From NCBI GenBank assembly GCA_050273025.1, contig CP158635.1, positions 11,656,001-11,720,000 on the forward strand: DNA of 64,000 bases, in the 5' to 3' direction. The position numbers were made by a program, and so were the translations under genes. The stretch comes from Cenococcum geophilum (Eukaryota). This document shows positions 25,256-40,082 of the stretch, piece after piece (the first letter of the stretch is position 1; each line of letters starts with the position of its first letter). The notes beneath the pieces are model-generated. The model saw only the letters and a list, made by a program, of their open reading frames with translations, had not been told where the DNA came from and ran no database searches.

Positions 25256-28200
25256 AATAATAATTTATTACTTAACGTCCGATTTAGATCCCTATTAGGC
25301 CCACGCGGACTACTCCTTATGTATATATGGGGAGAAAACTCTATTTAAGAAAACCCCGTAATCCATCTCCCCGCCTTTTAAGACTTGCCTATAAGGCGCC
25401 TACGAGGCGCCTGCGAGTTACCTATAGTGCTCCTACTACTTTACTTTTTAACCTTCTTAGGAACTACTGCTGCCGTAATAAGCCTATAGACGCGTTAGTA
25501 TCGCAAACTTTACTCTACTACTATAGAGTCATTAGGGGGCGCCCGTTGCTCGCCCCCCTACTCTTTATTACCATTTCCCTTATAACCCGGAACTGGTTTA
25601 GTATATTTTAGCTAATAAGCCACTAGGTAACCGCCTTAAGGCCTTTTTATATTAAGAGTAGTATATTATAGTTCTTTATGCCAGCTACTAAAAGTATTAC
25701 TTTTTGGTTAGTGCGTAAGGGGTATAACAGTATTATATGTTTTAGTGTCTGTCTTAGCCAGCCACATTTATATCTTAGGCTACCTACTAGGACACCCACC
25801 CGGTAGAGCCAGTCTTTTAGTCCTATTATTCCTATTCTTAAGAGTATCGCCATTATATTTTCTACCTTTATTAGGCTTTCTTAGAGCCCTAAAGTGTTTA
25901 CCCCCTATAGCGTTAACCATGCTACAGCTTAGGTTCCTCTTATTTTAGTTAGCCTCTGTACCTTTAACTCCTATACACCTCTTTAGCGTTAGTCTAACCA
26001 GTATTATATTACGGTAGATAGTTTCCTAGCGTTCTTTTATGCTCTGCTTTAGCTCCTTTCTCTTTCTTACTGTTATCTTTACTGGCCTCTTACGCGTCTT
26101 CCTTTTTCCTCTATATAGGCCTAGGCCCTAAAGCAGTACTATTCTTCTTCTGCTTTCTTTACCTGTTTCTCTAATATGTCTTTCCTACTTTAGGGTTATT
26201 AGTTTGTTCTCCTATAAGGCGCCCTAAGGTCCCTCTATAGTTTATTTAGGCGTGTCTTAATATACTTTATAATATTAGAGTTACGTTTATTTTAGGCCCT
26301 TTATATTGCAGCGGCTTTAATATATAGTTATAGGGGGGGAATATTAGCTTCCTTCTTAAGCAGTGCTGTGGCCGTTTACTTATATCCGCCTATTATACTT
26401 TAGAGGTAGGCTGTTTGGACCTTTTGGAGTGGTTTAAGGAGCGACTTAGGGGGGCCTTTCTTAGATTCTCCAATGGCCCAAATACTGGACCTATATGTCA
26501 TGGTTGGCCGGACAACTACTATATATAGTAGACGTGACCTCTAAAAGCATGGGCCCTATGTAGAATTAACAATCCTAGATAATATAATATACTATACTTA
26601 GCCCTTATAGGCCGCTTACGCCGCATATACGCTCTATTAAAGCTTACTGTCTACCTATACTCCTAATACCCTTAGGCCCTAAACTAGTTAACCCCTAAAG
26701 CCTTAGATGCCGATTATATGCTAGAGATCTATAGATTAGTTACGTTTTCTTATAAAATAGATTAGCTGGTATTTCTCTGGTAAGAATTAGACTTTATATC
26801 GTCTTACCTATTCTATATAGGTGTTATAAGCTTTCTCTAGCATTCTACAATTCTCTATAGCTGATAGCCCGTATATAATTAGGTTTGTGTCGTTAACGAA
26901 GCCTATCCCCTAGGTCGCCCCTTCCTTAAAGGAGTTAAGCAGGTTGCTTATAAAGAAAAGGAAGAGTATAAGCGAGAGGGGTAATCCTTATAGTATTCCT
27001 ATTACAACTGCGATAGGGGGGCTCTGGTATCCGTTAAAGACTAGTAATGTTTCTTTCTAACCTATAAACCCTTAGATAAATTATACAATCTATTCTAAAA
27101 AGCCTTTTACCCTAAGGATATATAGGAGACGCTCATAGGGTACGTTATTGTAGGCGCCACTAATATCTAGGCTAAGCATTAATACTACAAAGTCCCTTCA
27201 TATCGCCTATGTAGATTTAATGGTGGCAGCGAGTAGCGTAAGTGCTAATAGTGTTAAGCGGTTCTTTCTTGCCCCCATTTAGCTCTGTAGTAGTAGGGCG
27301 TGTTCCTTAGCCGTGTCTACTATATAGTCCGCTATTACCTTTTCTAAGATCTTGCTAAGGGTGTTTTCTAAGGCAATAGGGCGGTAGCTTCCTGGGATTG
27401 AGTAATCTGCTTTACCTTCTTTTCGTAGGACAATTATCGTCATAGATCTTCTAAGTCGTGGGTAGTAGCCTATAGTAAAGTATGCTCTAGCTACATCTAT
27501 AAGCTAAGGTACTATAAGTGGTCCATAGGTCTTTAAGGCCTTATTTAGAATCCTATCTAAACCTAATACTATATTATTTAAAAGGCGGCTAATAGTTCTA
27601 GCTATTTCCTCTATTATTATATCACTGTTAACCCGTAGGTAAGTCACCGGTGCTTTACCCGTAATATTACTAAGGTCTACTAAAGCCGGTTAAAGGAAGA
27701 ACCTTTCTATAAAGATCTTTGCCTTCTTATCGTTATTATTAGTGGCCTGTAATTCCCCTGCTCTTCGTAGGGGTAGTAGGTATAGGTCTTCTACTAGTCG
27801 CCCTGCCTTTTTCTTTGCCTATTTTGCTATAGCCCACAGGCCCTTATTATAGGGAAGGCTTAGGTTAAAAGTATGCTTATTTATAAATTATCTCCAGTTG
27901 TTCCTTACTTTTTTTTTTAGGGTATTCTTTAACTAGTTTCTTATGTCTTTATATTGTCTCTTATCTTTAGGATTGTGGCTGCTTAAGTATTTCCTTCTTA
28001 CTCGTTGTTAGCTAGCTATAAAAACCGCGCATTATATGGACCAAGCGTATTACGTATAGGGGCCCAGTCTTAAGACCGGGCAGTGCTCTTCTAGCCCATT
28101 TTTAATTGCTGCCTAGATCCTTTCTAGTCTTCGGTTAATTTCCTTAGGGGTGGCTAATAAGCCTTACTTATTTAGTATCGGGTGGATTTCTTCTAGGTCT

Positions 28201-30801
28201 TAGAGTTATTATTTAACTATATTAAGGAAACTGTCTGCCTTAAGCATCCTTATTACGTATCTTTTGCTATTTAGTTATGCCTTAATGTCTAAATCTAGCT
28301 ATATCTGGATGGGGATATGGTCTAAGGTAAATGCCTATTCTTCTTTAGGGTTATACCTTTTAAGTCTCTAGTATAGGCCTTCATCTATAAATATAAGGTT
28401 AATTATACTTCTAGCAGATCCTCGTTGCCATATAATTGCTTTAGGGGGGGTAGCTAGCTTAAGGCCCCAGGTGTCTATAGCTTTTAGTAGGCACTCTACC
28501 TATTATTTAGCAGCGACGTAGATACCCCCCTACCGCGGGTAGTAGGGGTTTATGTCTCCTAATAGGATAAACTCTATACCTTTAGTTTTAAGTAAGCTTA
28601 TTACTAATATAATATTCTCTGTTTATAGGACCCCTTTAACCCTAGGGTTATATACATTAATAATTTATACCGGTCCTCTATATATCTAGATTATTATAAC
28701 TACAATATCTAGATTAACTGCCTACTATAACCATAAGGATAGGCTAATAGTTTTACTGATTATAAAGCATACGCGTGTGGCTGCTTTTGGTTCGTATAGG
28801 AGCTGGAATCCTTAGGGGCAGTATGTCGATTATATATAGGTATTGTAGTACGGCTCTTATATAGTAAGGATATAGTATTTCTTTGGGTCTAGACTGTCTA
28901 GTAGGGGCCTTACAAGACGGTGGTTTGTATTACTATAGTTATACTATATAATAGATAGGTAGCGGACCCCCAGTAAGGGTCCTTCGCCTCTCTCTTATTC
29001 CTTACTTCTTCTATTTCCACTTTCTCTAAAATATTTAAAACTTCTATCTCTTGTGTCTACACCCTGGTTACTACTTATTTTATATAGAGCTTTCCATTTC
29101 TGTGTCTTATATTCCTACTAGCGCTTCTATATCTAAATCTATTATTATCTCTAGTTCTTCCCCTGTTCTTACTAGTTAGCTATATACCCTTTAAGAGTCG
29201 GCTATAAATGTTATATTTACCGCATTAAGTCTAATTCTTAATTGTCCTGGTTTTAAGCTTACTATAGCTATTTATAAGGGTCTTCCTACAGGGCGTCCTC
29301 TCCCTTATGTCCTCTATAACCCTTATATCCCTATACGGTCTAGTGATATCGCGCGGCGTCGCTTCTAGCCTATTAAGGCTTAGGATAGCTAGCCTAGCCC
29401 CCTAGTATTAAAGATAGGAAACGCTAGAAGGGCACCTGCGCCCCCCTAGCTTATCGCCTGTTATTTCTATTCGTATAACCTAGTATGTAGTTATTCCCGT
29501 AGCTGTTAAGCCCTAACCTTCCGTCTCCTATATTTAATGCAGTCTTCTCTCTCTCACACCTTATGTATGCTTCGGTGGCAGTTTACGCATTTTGTTTGGT
29601 CTTAATTTAAGTAATATCTTATATCGTGGGGGCCTGTACAGTGGCCGTAGCATACCTATACTGCGCATGTAGATTAGGTGTGCCCCTATTATGCGCAGCG
29701 ATAGCATCGTTTTAGGCGAAGTCTGTAGTTATAGAGCCTTACGTCGTATATAAGGCCATTTATAATAATACCTTTTTAAATAAGGAGTTTTTGCATTCCT
29801 AGTATATATGTGCTAACGATAAGGGAGCCATGCGTTTGACCAGCGTTTCCCTAGCGAGTCTCTAGCGACCCTTATATTCTTTTATTATTCTCATTATATA
29901 CTTGGTTTGTATTTTCCTATTAAAGCCATTAGATTTAGGTAATCTTAAGTCCTAGTATAAGGCGTTCCGTTTGTTTTACTATCTTATATATAGTTGCTAT
30001 ATTATCCGCCTAGCGTCCCTTTTCTACCCTAAGGCTTAGGGGAACCGCTAGGACTTCGACTAGGTAATCTTTACGGAGCACTTTTATACTAATACGTTCT
30101 TCTAGCCTATCCCCTGCCCTAACAGCTCGTTCCTTTACCTATTAGTCCCTTAAGGTAACTCTAATATCTCCGCTCCTAAGGTATTGGACTATAACAGCAT
30201 TATAGACCTCTTTGCGAATTTTTGTAAGGACTTTTATTTCTAATTGTCCCCTAAGCCCCTCTACTTTTTCTATATTTGGTTATATTATAATTATATACCC
30301 AAATATTGTCTTTAGGGGGGTAGGTTCCCTATGCTATAGACGCGCAGCTACGGCAGCCCAGGTACGGTTCGCCGGTAAGGAGGGGTTTTATTTATTTTTA
30401 ATTTTACTTAGCCGTTAAAGGATTTGATTAAGGGTTTACTAAAGGGGCGCCTAAGGTTCGCTAAACTGGCGGAGCCATTCTGCTAGCTATATTAGTTTAT
30501 TATAGCTAACGGTTACTCCCCCGTAATTACGGATACTAGACGCGTCTAATAGGCTTTATACTTTATTAGATGCCTTCTTAATAGAGGTCTTTCCGCTTTA
30601 TGGTGTAGTATTCGCCTATTCTTATTATAGAGGGCCATTGCTAGGCGTGGTTCTGGTGGACGCACACGAGTGCAAACCACCGTCGTTTGACGTGTACCTC
30701 CCCTACGATGCATGCATCTTAGGGGGATTCTCTAGGTGTTTTTCAGGGTTTTTTTTTAGTTGGTTTTAGTCTTTTTAGGCCAGGTGCAGCAAGAGCTCCT
30801 T
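25256..30801 (-). mobile_element. Full-length Tad-like LINE (ORF1 from ATG 30638; ORF2 endonuclease-RT-zinc knuckle), RIP-degraded
   Basis: 17-bp TSD ttattattaaatataat (25239-25255, 30802-30818). ORF1 has CCHC knuckles (~29550-29700). Endonuclease QYN...IQEP (~28950-28850), RT GFVDD (~26890), C-terminal CGW-RQT-KH (~25760). Confidence 0.92.
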
Positions 30802-30889
30802 TTATTATTAAATATAATTTTAGTAGTTTAAGCTACTTTATTATAACTAAAAACTATATATCTTTATATATATAAATAAGGCTTAAATA

Positions 30890-32973
30890 ATAATAATAAT
30901 ATTTAATTACGCTGTTGCGGCTCCCGTTAGGGTCTATATAGCGGGTCTATATAGGTGTATATATATTTAAGAGGGGAACTGTATAACTATAGCTGGATAA
31001 AACCTCTCCTTTTGCTGTCGTGTGGTCTGTATAGCCTCTCTTCTAATTAGTAACTGCTAAGCACGAGTAGACGTCTTCTTAAGGCGCTATAGAAAAGCCA
31101 TCTTAATGCGTACTCCTAGGTCCGTCCGGTAGGGTATATAGCTAAAGTCCGAGTTCTGTCTAGCTATTCTGGTTGTCTAAGTAAGGCGAGGGCCAGCGGC
31201 CCGTAAGGCTGATGGTGGTAGTAGTAGTAGTAGTGGTGGTAGTGGTGTTGTAGATGGTTTGAGGTAGTAAGGTAGATAGAAAAGGAAGGAGAGAAAGGGG
31301 GTTGTAGGGGTTTGACGTGTACCACTTACGCTACCGTCTACTAAATTCTGCCGAGTTCTGTTAAATTGCCAAATTCTGCTAAATTCTGCTAAATTCTGCC
31401 AGCTTGCTAAGTTCTGCCAACTTCTGCCAACTTGCTAGATTCGCTAAATTCTACTAAGTTCTGCTATATTGCCAGATTTGGGTTCTGCCGAATTCTGCCA
31501 ACTTGCTATAGTAATCTGCTATATTCGGCAAATTGCCGCGACCTATTGTAATTTACCGCAATTTGCCGTACTCCGCGGTCCTCTTCTTCCTCTTAGAGCA
31601 CTTCCTGGCCTCCTCCCTTTGCCCTAGCTAGCTCCCTGGCTAGTAAAAGGTATAGTAGGAGGTTTGTTTATATAAACTAGTCCATAACTGCTTTAGCAGC
31701 CTTTAGCTTAGCTAGCAGCTCCCTATATAAGGACGTTTTAGTATAGTGATACATTTTTACCTGGCTAGCGGCGTGCCTAGGGCAGAACATTACTACGTGT
31801 ATTGTCGATTGTTGGTCGTGGCCGCATAGGCCAGGATATATTTGCATTGCAGAGCTACAAGAGTTATATACAAAGTAGAGTTGCGAAGGCCCTCCTGCTA
31901 GGGCCCTCTACTATAGTTTTCCACTTTGGACGCCCCTTAGACGCCTATCTGCTTCTATAGCAGCTAGCCGGCTAAAACTAACCACTGCCTATATATACCT
32001 AATTTACTCTATAAGCTTATCCTTATAGCCTACCCCTGCCTAGATAGACCGATACGCGCGTCCGTCCTTTCGGGCTATATAGACAGTGTTATTAATAAGG
32101 TGTTGATCCTTCCTCCAAGATAGGTCTACTAGGAGTTAGAGCCTAGCAAAGGGGTAAGGTTCCTAGAGTTGTCCGTCGCTACTATTATATACTACGCCCT
32201 ATAGCCGTTGCTAGCTGCTTCGCGTTACCTATGACGCTTTTGCGATAATAGGCCGACCGTGTCTTATAGGCGTGGGCCTATAATAACTCGAGCGCCGCGT
32301 AGCTATTGTCCCTTAGCCGCCTACTAACTAAACTTATTGTCCTTTTATCTTAACTAATATCTACATCTAAGTCCGTTCTAGCCTAACCTTATAAGTTTAT
32401 CCTATCTCTTTCTTAGTCCGTTTTGGATTAACGTTACTGCCTAAAAAAGGGTACCCCTAGCTCTTTCTTAGTCCGTTTTAGATTAACGTCGCTGCCTAAA
32501 GAAAGGTTAACGCCGCTGCGTAGAAAGGGAGGATTAACGTCGCTAAATGTGGTTAACGGTGTTGAAATTCTTCCTATACCCTTACTGCTAGTATAGTCTT
32601 AGAGCGGAACAAGTACAGAGGTGCCCTATCGTCCCCTTAGGTTCCTATTGCTTTTACTAGCAAGTATAAGCGCTGACTTATAGCCCTAGGTTGGTTGCCC
32701 AGGTAAGAAGATATTAGGTAGTTTTTAAAACCATTCCTCTATTTGTGGTAAGTTATCCTTATAGTTTTAAGTCTTGCCAAGACCTGTAAAAACTCTGCTA
32801 TTCTAACGGCGTTAAGGACTGAGCATTCAAACAGCGCCCTCTAGCCACGACGTAACGCCGCTGTATTAGTAATAGATGAGATCCTTACTCTTAGCTTAAC
32901 CGTATGGACAAGATGAGACGGAAAGGAACCCCTATAGGACAGTATGGGTCGGATCTCGATTTTGGTATTCCTA
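30890..32973 (-). mobile_element. LINE-derived 2.1 kb insertion (second family, rearranged)
   Basis: 12-bp TSD aaggcttaaata (30878-30889, 32974-32985). ORF2 C-terminal motif CGHDQQSTIHVVMFCP...(W)FI(Q)TNLL at ~31640-31830. aattctgcc-type repeats at 31345-31530. Confidence 0.7.
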
Positions 32974-33069
32974 AAGGCTTAAATATAAATATAAATATAT
33001 TTTATATATTTATTATTATATACTAGCTTTTATTACTTTTAATAATAATAATAATAAATATATATATTA

Positions 33070-33765
33070 AAACTATTTACTTTCTTTATATTAGATCTTA
33101 TATTTTATAAAAACTATTATAAATTCTAAGGGTATTTATAATATTTTTTACCCTTTATATTTAAAAGAACTAATATTATTAGCTTAAAAATATATATTTA
33201 TACTTATTAAATTAATATAATAAATATAACCTTTATTTAGTACCTAAAGAGCTTAAATAATTCTTAATTATAAATATAATAAAAGGAACTTTAAATTATA
33301 TATATTTAAAAATAGATTAGAATATATTTAAAACTAAATTAGAACTAGATTAGAACTAGATTAAAACTAGATTAGAATTAGATTAGAACTAGATTAGAAT
33401 TAGATTAGAACTAGATTAGAATATATTTTAAATTAGATTAAAATATATTAGGAACTTAATTTACTTTTATAGCTATATTTAACTCTAATATACTATTTTA
33501 TAGCTTAAATTTTTTTAATTTTAATTATTACTAAAAGGAAGTATTTTAAATTAGAATATATAGTAAATATATTCTAAACATATTCTAGCTAGTTATTTAT
33601 AATAATTAATTTTAATTAAGAGGTAAGTTATATAGTAGGATAAGCGATTTAGGCTTAGTTAACTATATAACTTTATATTTTAAGTTAAGGCTACCCTATA
33701 TAGGGATTATATATTAGCGCTTATAGTAAGCTAACCTTTTAACATAGTTTAGCCGACTTATAACT
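33070..33765. repeat. Tandem duplicate of the right end of the TA-flanked TIR element
   Basis: Matches 33766-33987 joined to 40088-40485. Contains a second degraded TIR ending 33760, the empty Copia site tttagtacctaaagag (~33236-33251) and a ttagaactaga microsatellite. Confidence 0.8.
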
Positions 33766-33987
33766 ATGCTATTTACTTACTTTATATTAGACCTTATATC
33801 TTTTAAAAAAAATTAAAAATTTTAAGGGTATTTATAAATTTTTATTTTTTACCTTTTATATTTAAAGAACTAATATTATTAGCTTAGGAATATATATTTA
33901 GCTAGTTTATATTATATTTAAATATTATAAACTTATTTATATATACTTTTTAAATAAATATAATAAATATAACTTTTATTTAGTACC

Positions 33988-36900
33988 TGTTAGGAATAAA
34001 GGCAAGTAGTCACCATATAAGGCAAATTGCCATTACGGGTGGCAAGTTGCCGTCACGTATCGCCGCGGCAGTAGCGTGGCGAGGAGCCTTAAGCTCCTCG
34101 CCCTCCCTAATATATATAAGAATAATAATTATTATACTATCTACGAACCATAGCTATATAATATCCCCTTATATAACCAACACTAATTAGTAGTTAACTT
34201 TACTATTATACTATAAAATAGCTAAGTATTCCACTAAGAAGAGACAAGCCACTATACTAGTGCTACTCGTGCTAGAGGAAGCTATCTTTTAAGGTTAGAA
34301 CTAGTCCTAAACCTTAAATAGAACTCTTCTATAAATCTAAGAATCTAAAGGCTAGAACTGGTCCTAAGCCTTTTTAAGATTATAGATTTTTATATCTATT
34401 ACGTAGAATAACACGCTTTATAAATCTTTATAATTTAAGGCTAGAACTAGTCCTAAGCCCTATAACCGCAAATATACGTTATAAATATATATTAAACAAT
34501 AAACGCGTACTAAACAATAAATACACATTACGAACGTGTACTAAACGACAATCCCTATACTAATAACACTTCCCTCCCTCTAAAAATATGGCTACGCCTA
34601 CCTTAAATAACTAGAAAGACTTCTTACTACTAAGGGTAGCTAAGTACGTAAAACTTATTAATAAAGATTGGGACGAATTCGCCTTTAATATAATAACTTA
34701 TACCGCAAAATAAGTTAACGGCTTTCTCCTATACTATATTATATTCTACTAAAATAAATACTACGCCAACTTATAACTATAGGAGTATTTTAGGGAAGAT
34801 TTTATAGGATAGACTACTAATACCTAGGCACTTGGCAATGTTAATATTGTTTAAAACTTTTAAGACTTCCTCTATAGGAATAGGGTATATATTACTAAGA
34901 ATAATAACCTAATTACTAGTAATATTTAGGCCGTTATTACTAATATAGAAGAACTAATATAGACGGAAGCTAAGATTATACATTAACTACGGAAACCTAA
35001 AAACAACCTATATTCTTTAGAAGGCAACTTTAATTTATATTAAAACCCCTAGAACGCTAACTCTCTACCTAAAGCTACTCTCCTACCTAGAGGTACTCTT
35101 TTACTTAGAGTTGCTCCGCCTCTACCTCCTTTACTCTAGCTAACCGGTAAGCCTTTACTATAAGAAGTTATAAATCTAATAAAGGTATATTTAGACGAAG
35201 AGAAGAAGTTTGGAGAAGAACTATACAATATACTTAGAGTAAAACTATAGGTTTTTTATAACTGTTGTAATAAGGTTAGAATTTAACACCACTAGTACTA
35301 TTACGCTTTCTCTATTATATTAAAGGGACGGGCGGTAATATTCTATTATAACTATATTACGGGTAAAAACTATAACTTTAATATAATGCTTTAGCTTACT
35401 AAAGCCCACTTTAAGACTAATAAGAATCGCTAACTTTATATATCTAAATAGCGGGAGACTATATTTTAGAGAGTTATTACTTCTAACCTAATAAAGACTT
35501 ATTTAGAGTGCCTTTAACTACTCTTTAATAAACTCTAGAAAATCTAATATAGCCTTACTAAAACTTACTAAAATAAGAACAGCCTAAGGGACTAGGTTAT
35601 CTTAGCATGCCGTGGCGTTCCTAAGTATAACTTAGCGCTATATAAACCTATAAATACGTTTAAAGAAGTATATGCTAAGCTACGCTCTGCCGTAGGTACT
35701 ATAATATAAATATAAGAATCTTAATAGTTCTATACTAAAAACCCTACCTAACTAAGTATTCCTAATTAATATAATTATAACTAGACTAATTAAATATATA
35801 GTAGCCGCGGTAGGAAATATAAAAGAGGGTATAATTAACGTTAACTATAAGGTAATTATAGAGGTCCTTATAGAGGTTTATTTTAAAGTAATTGCTAAAA
35901 GAAATACTATATTTATAAGAAGCTAAATTACTAGTTAACTAGATACTCCCTTAATAAGCAAAAAGAGGTATATAATAAGTTCCGTCAGAGTATAAAAAAT
36001 GTTAAAAATTATAAGGTTATTATAGCCTACTTCTAAAGCTTCCTAGTTTAATATAAAGGCGTAGAAGACCTTAAGGGTAAGGTTAATAAGACCAAACAGC
36101 TTTTTATAAATATAGAAATTAAGGACTACTTACCTAACTAATACTTTACTAAGTATAGTAAGGTAAATGGCATATAAACTATCGCTATCCTTAATAACTA
36201 ATCTACGCTCTATTCTATTACGAAGTTAGATATCTTTAATAAGCTAAAGAAGAGCTTTGCGTTTTCCTTTAATAATAGATACTTAGCGAACATCTTTTAT
36301 AGTATTATGCCGGATACTAAAGCCGCAGGAGTATTTATAGTAGGAGAACCTTAAGTTCGAGCCCTTTAGCAGCTTAATAGCTCTATTTAGATTAACTATT
36401 TAACGGCAGGCTAGTATACGATTTGTTTTAGTAAAGGTACTATAATCTCTCTCGGCACAATTAGGGTTTAAACCCCCTTAGGGTATATCAGTTTTTATAT
36501 TATTCCTACAAACACTCTATTTCTATTTTGCATTAAAGATATAGATAAGTTAGGTATTAGGCTTAACAACCTTAAGAATATACTTATTTAGGAAGATAAT
36601 TAAGTGCCCATTATACGTAAATAGGGTTACCCCTAGTTACTCCTTTATTAACTAGAAAAGAGTATTGCTTAAAGCTACTTAACTAAGTTGGAATTACGCT
36701 AACTATACCGTTATTTTAGCCACCTATCTATTTATTAATTACTTAGGGTTCTTTAATAAGTAGGCTATAAAGTTAAGGTTAAGGTAATTAAGTATCTTAT
36801 AAAGTATTACTATTACTACTAAATAAACTAGAAGTCCCCTAGCTAATTTAAGTTTACCCTTAAGGATAACTACAACTTTAACTTCTATATTATTATTAAC

Positions 36901-39900
36901 GTTATATATCTTAGCAGCAAGCCAGTACTCTAAGTTATTAACTTCTTAACCTCCTTCTAAGCCGTGTGTTTCTTAAAAGATATATTAGCTAGAAATATAT
37001 AGGAGACCCTTTAGTTATGCTAGATTAATATCTATTTAGGACCCCCTAATTAAATTGTCTACAATATAAAAAAGAACTTCTTATTTATAGAGTTTCGATA
37101 ATAGATAAAGGTAATAGCAATTAAGGTTAAGGAGGTCCCTATTAAGGCATATAATAGTATTAAAAAAGTGGAACAATATTATGCGCTATTACGCCGCGTA
37201 TATAAGATTATCTCTTTAGAACTAAAGGACGCTAGTAAAAAACTTACTTTATAAATAGCTGTTAAAGCTATTAATAATTCCGCTAGCCTAGATAGACTCG
37301 TACCTACATTACTAGTCTTTGGCGCCTACTCTTAAATAACTAACAATTCTCTACTATCTCCCTCCATTATATAATAAGCTAAGGCTATTTATAAGGTAAT
37401 AAAGGAGGTATAATATCTCTATGCTATACGCCAGGTTAACAATATACTAGGAATAAGAAATAGCCTAAATACCTTAACTACGCTCGATCTGCCACTCTAG
37501 TTTAAGGTACGCGTATAGCGTAAAAAGGGAGGATAGTTAGGCCCACACTAACTTATTATAATTAATGGTTAAACTTATATTATTTAGATACCTTACGGAC
37601 CTACTTAATTCCGTTTAACTGTTATTAAGCCTTATTATAAAGATAATAATTCCAAGCCTTTATAAGATGCCCTAGAAAATACCCTAGAAGAGAACTATAA
37701 TTAATATACTTTAGAAGACAACTATAATTCTAATATAATTATAGTAGATGCGCCATAACTATAATGCGGCAGAGGTCGCCTAAAGGGATCACAAAATCGC
37801 CAATATCTTATTAATTTTAAAGAACAATTTGTTGCCGCCATTAAGAATAAAGTTAAGTTATTAATGGCCTTTATAACAGCTAAGGAGAAGGCTAACTTTA
37901 AGCTCGTAAAACAACTCCGAAAGGAAGGTTGTATTATAACCTCTAGAGCTCCTTTCTAAGCATCCGATAAGTAGGAGATCGATAGTCTTATTATAAGAGA
38001 AGTCTTTAAATTTAAGAAGTATAACCCTACTAAGTTTAATGGAGTTCGCATCTTTAAGTTAAGAATGGTTAATAAGATTAAGGGTAAAGCTACTAACGCC
38101 CTATTTAAGAAATTAAGGCTTATTATCTAAGGCTATAACAATAATAGTAAGGAGGTAATTCTTATGTAGTCTCCTATGATTTAACAAGCTAGTTAGTAAG
38201 TTATTATTACGCTAGCTCCCTCCTTAATAAAGAATAGAATGGCGGTTTATTTACGAGATATTACTTAAGCCTATACCTAATTAGAGACGTACCTTTAGCA
38301 CTTAATATTAGCATACCTTTTAGAGTAAATTCGCTACTAGTATCCTAAAGATACGATTATAGTTATACTTAAGCCATTATATAGGATCGCAGAGATAGGA
38401 ACTTACTAGTGGGCTACCTATAGCAAGCACTATAAAGAGAAGCTTTTAATAACTACTTCTATATTTAATCCCTACTTCCTTATTATAACTACGGGAACTC
38501 TATTTAGAATTATCGGCATACAAACTAATAATATAATTATTTTAGGAGACAACCAATTCTTAGCTCTTAAAGAAGACGAGCTAGTAAAGGCAAATCTTAT
38601 AGTAAAGCCAAAAAAAAGCTTAGTTTAATAACACTATTACTCTTTAACGGATGCATCCTCTCCCTAAATAAGGATTCTATTGCTCTACGCCAGAAGGGTT
38701 AAAGTAAGAAGATTAACGTTATTAACGCTAATTCTCTAAAGTAAGGATATATGGAGTAACGCGCTTATAGAGCTTATATTGCTTCTATCTATTAACCTAA
38801 GGCTTTATTTAATCTCTCTATTACCGCCTAATACTAGGAACTAACTAAGGATAATATCCTTGCCCTAAATAAGCGTCTTTTCTGGTAAATAAACTATCTT
38901 AATTAGGGACTACTCTATATGCCTATTAATCTTCCTATTACTAAGCTCTTTATATTTATTAATAAATCGTTTATAAATAATAAAGATTTTAGCTCCTAGT
39001 TAGGATATAAGATTATTATTATAAATAAATTTACTAGAGAGAATAACTTTATAATCCATGGTAATTTTATTTATTAGAGCTTAACTAAGAGTAAGCGCGT
39101 TACCTAAAGTATTTTAGCGTTAGAGATATATAGAATAGTTGGCGAAGTTAATATAGTAATTGCAATTAGAACTACCCTAAAGATAATTATAGATTAACTT
39201 AAATTTCCTGTTATCCCTATAATTATATATACTAACTTATATTCCCTCTATAAGTATTTAGTTAAGCTTAGTACTACAAAGGAGAAGCGCCTTATAATTA
39301 ATATTATAGCACTTTAGCAATCCTACGAGCGTTAAGAATTCTTTAAAATTTAATAAATTAATAGCTAAAATAACTCGGTAGATATAATAATAAAGGCAAA
39401 CCTAAATAAGGCACTAGAGACGTTTATTAATATAAATACTTTACATATATAAGTTAAAGGTTAGGTTAAAAGGGAGTCCCTAAAAATTTCTTAGTTATGT
39501 AAGGTCTTAAGATATCCAGGAACTTTAACCGGCGGTTAAAGTTATCTAATTAGTTAGATTCTCTTGCTAAGACTTTTTAAAGTATAACATTCTATAGACC
39601 CTAACTTAACTTAGCTAATTAGGATTTTTCATCCCTAGGATAGAAAATTGCTATTAGCTTGCTTATTACTAGCGCCTTAGCGGCCCTCTAAATAAGATAT
39701 CTACCTATAACTCCTAAGTAAGAAAGCACTACGTGCTAAGAGGCAAATTTTGGGATAGCGAGACTTATATTATAATGGCAATAGTAAGTAAAGAGGATTG
39801 ATATTTGCTACGCTAGTTAAGCGGTATATATATATATAGATGGCAACTATAAAAGAAGAGTTGCTAGTGTTGGGAATAAAGGCAAGTGGTTACTATATAA

Positions 39901-40082
39901 GGCAAATTGCCATTATAGGTAGCAAGTTGCCGTTACGTGCGGCAAGTTGCCGTCACGTGTCGCCGCGGCAGTAGCGTGGCGAGGAGCCTTAAGCTCCTTG
40001 CCCTCCCTGACATATATAAGAATAATAATCATTATACTATCTACGAACCGTAGCTATATAATATCCCCTTGTGTAACTAACA
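33988..40082 (+). mobile_element. Full-length GalEa-type Copia retrotransposon (RIP-degraded)
   Basis: LTRs 33988-34182 and 39868-40082; TSD GTACC; ctaattagt after the 5' LTR; gag-pol ~34588-39480 with de-RIPed IMPDTGAA protease, LHRRFGH integrase and GMQTDD RT motifs. Confidence 0.95.

Noticed and set aside
32860..32973. Possible second HDV-like ribozyme at the 5' end of the 2.1 kb LINE derivative (GAGAUCC/GGAUCUC pairing and a P4-like hairpin)
   Set aside because: No convincing P1 starting at G, and no P1.1 in the required register. RIP may have obscured it, but it cannot be supported.
31345..33440. Short tandem repeats (aattctgcc, ttagaactaga) as CRISPR-like or telomeric arrays
   Set aside because: No unique spacers and not TTAGGG; ordinary microsatellites inside TEs.
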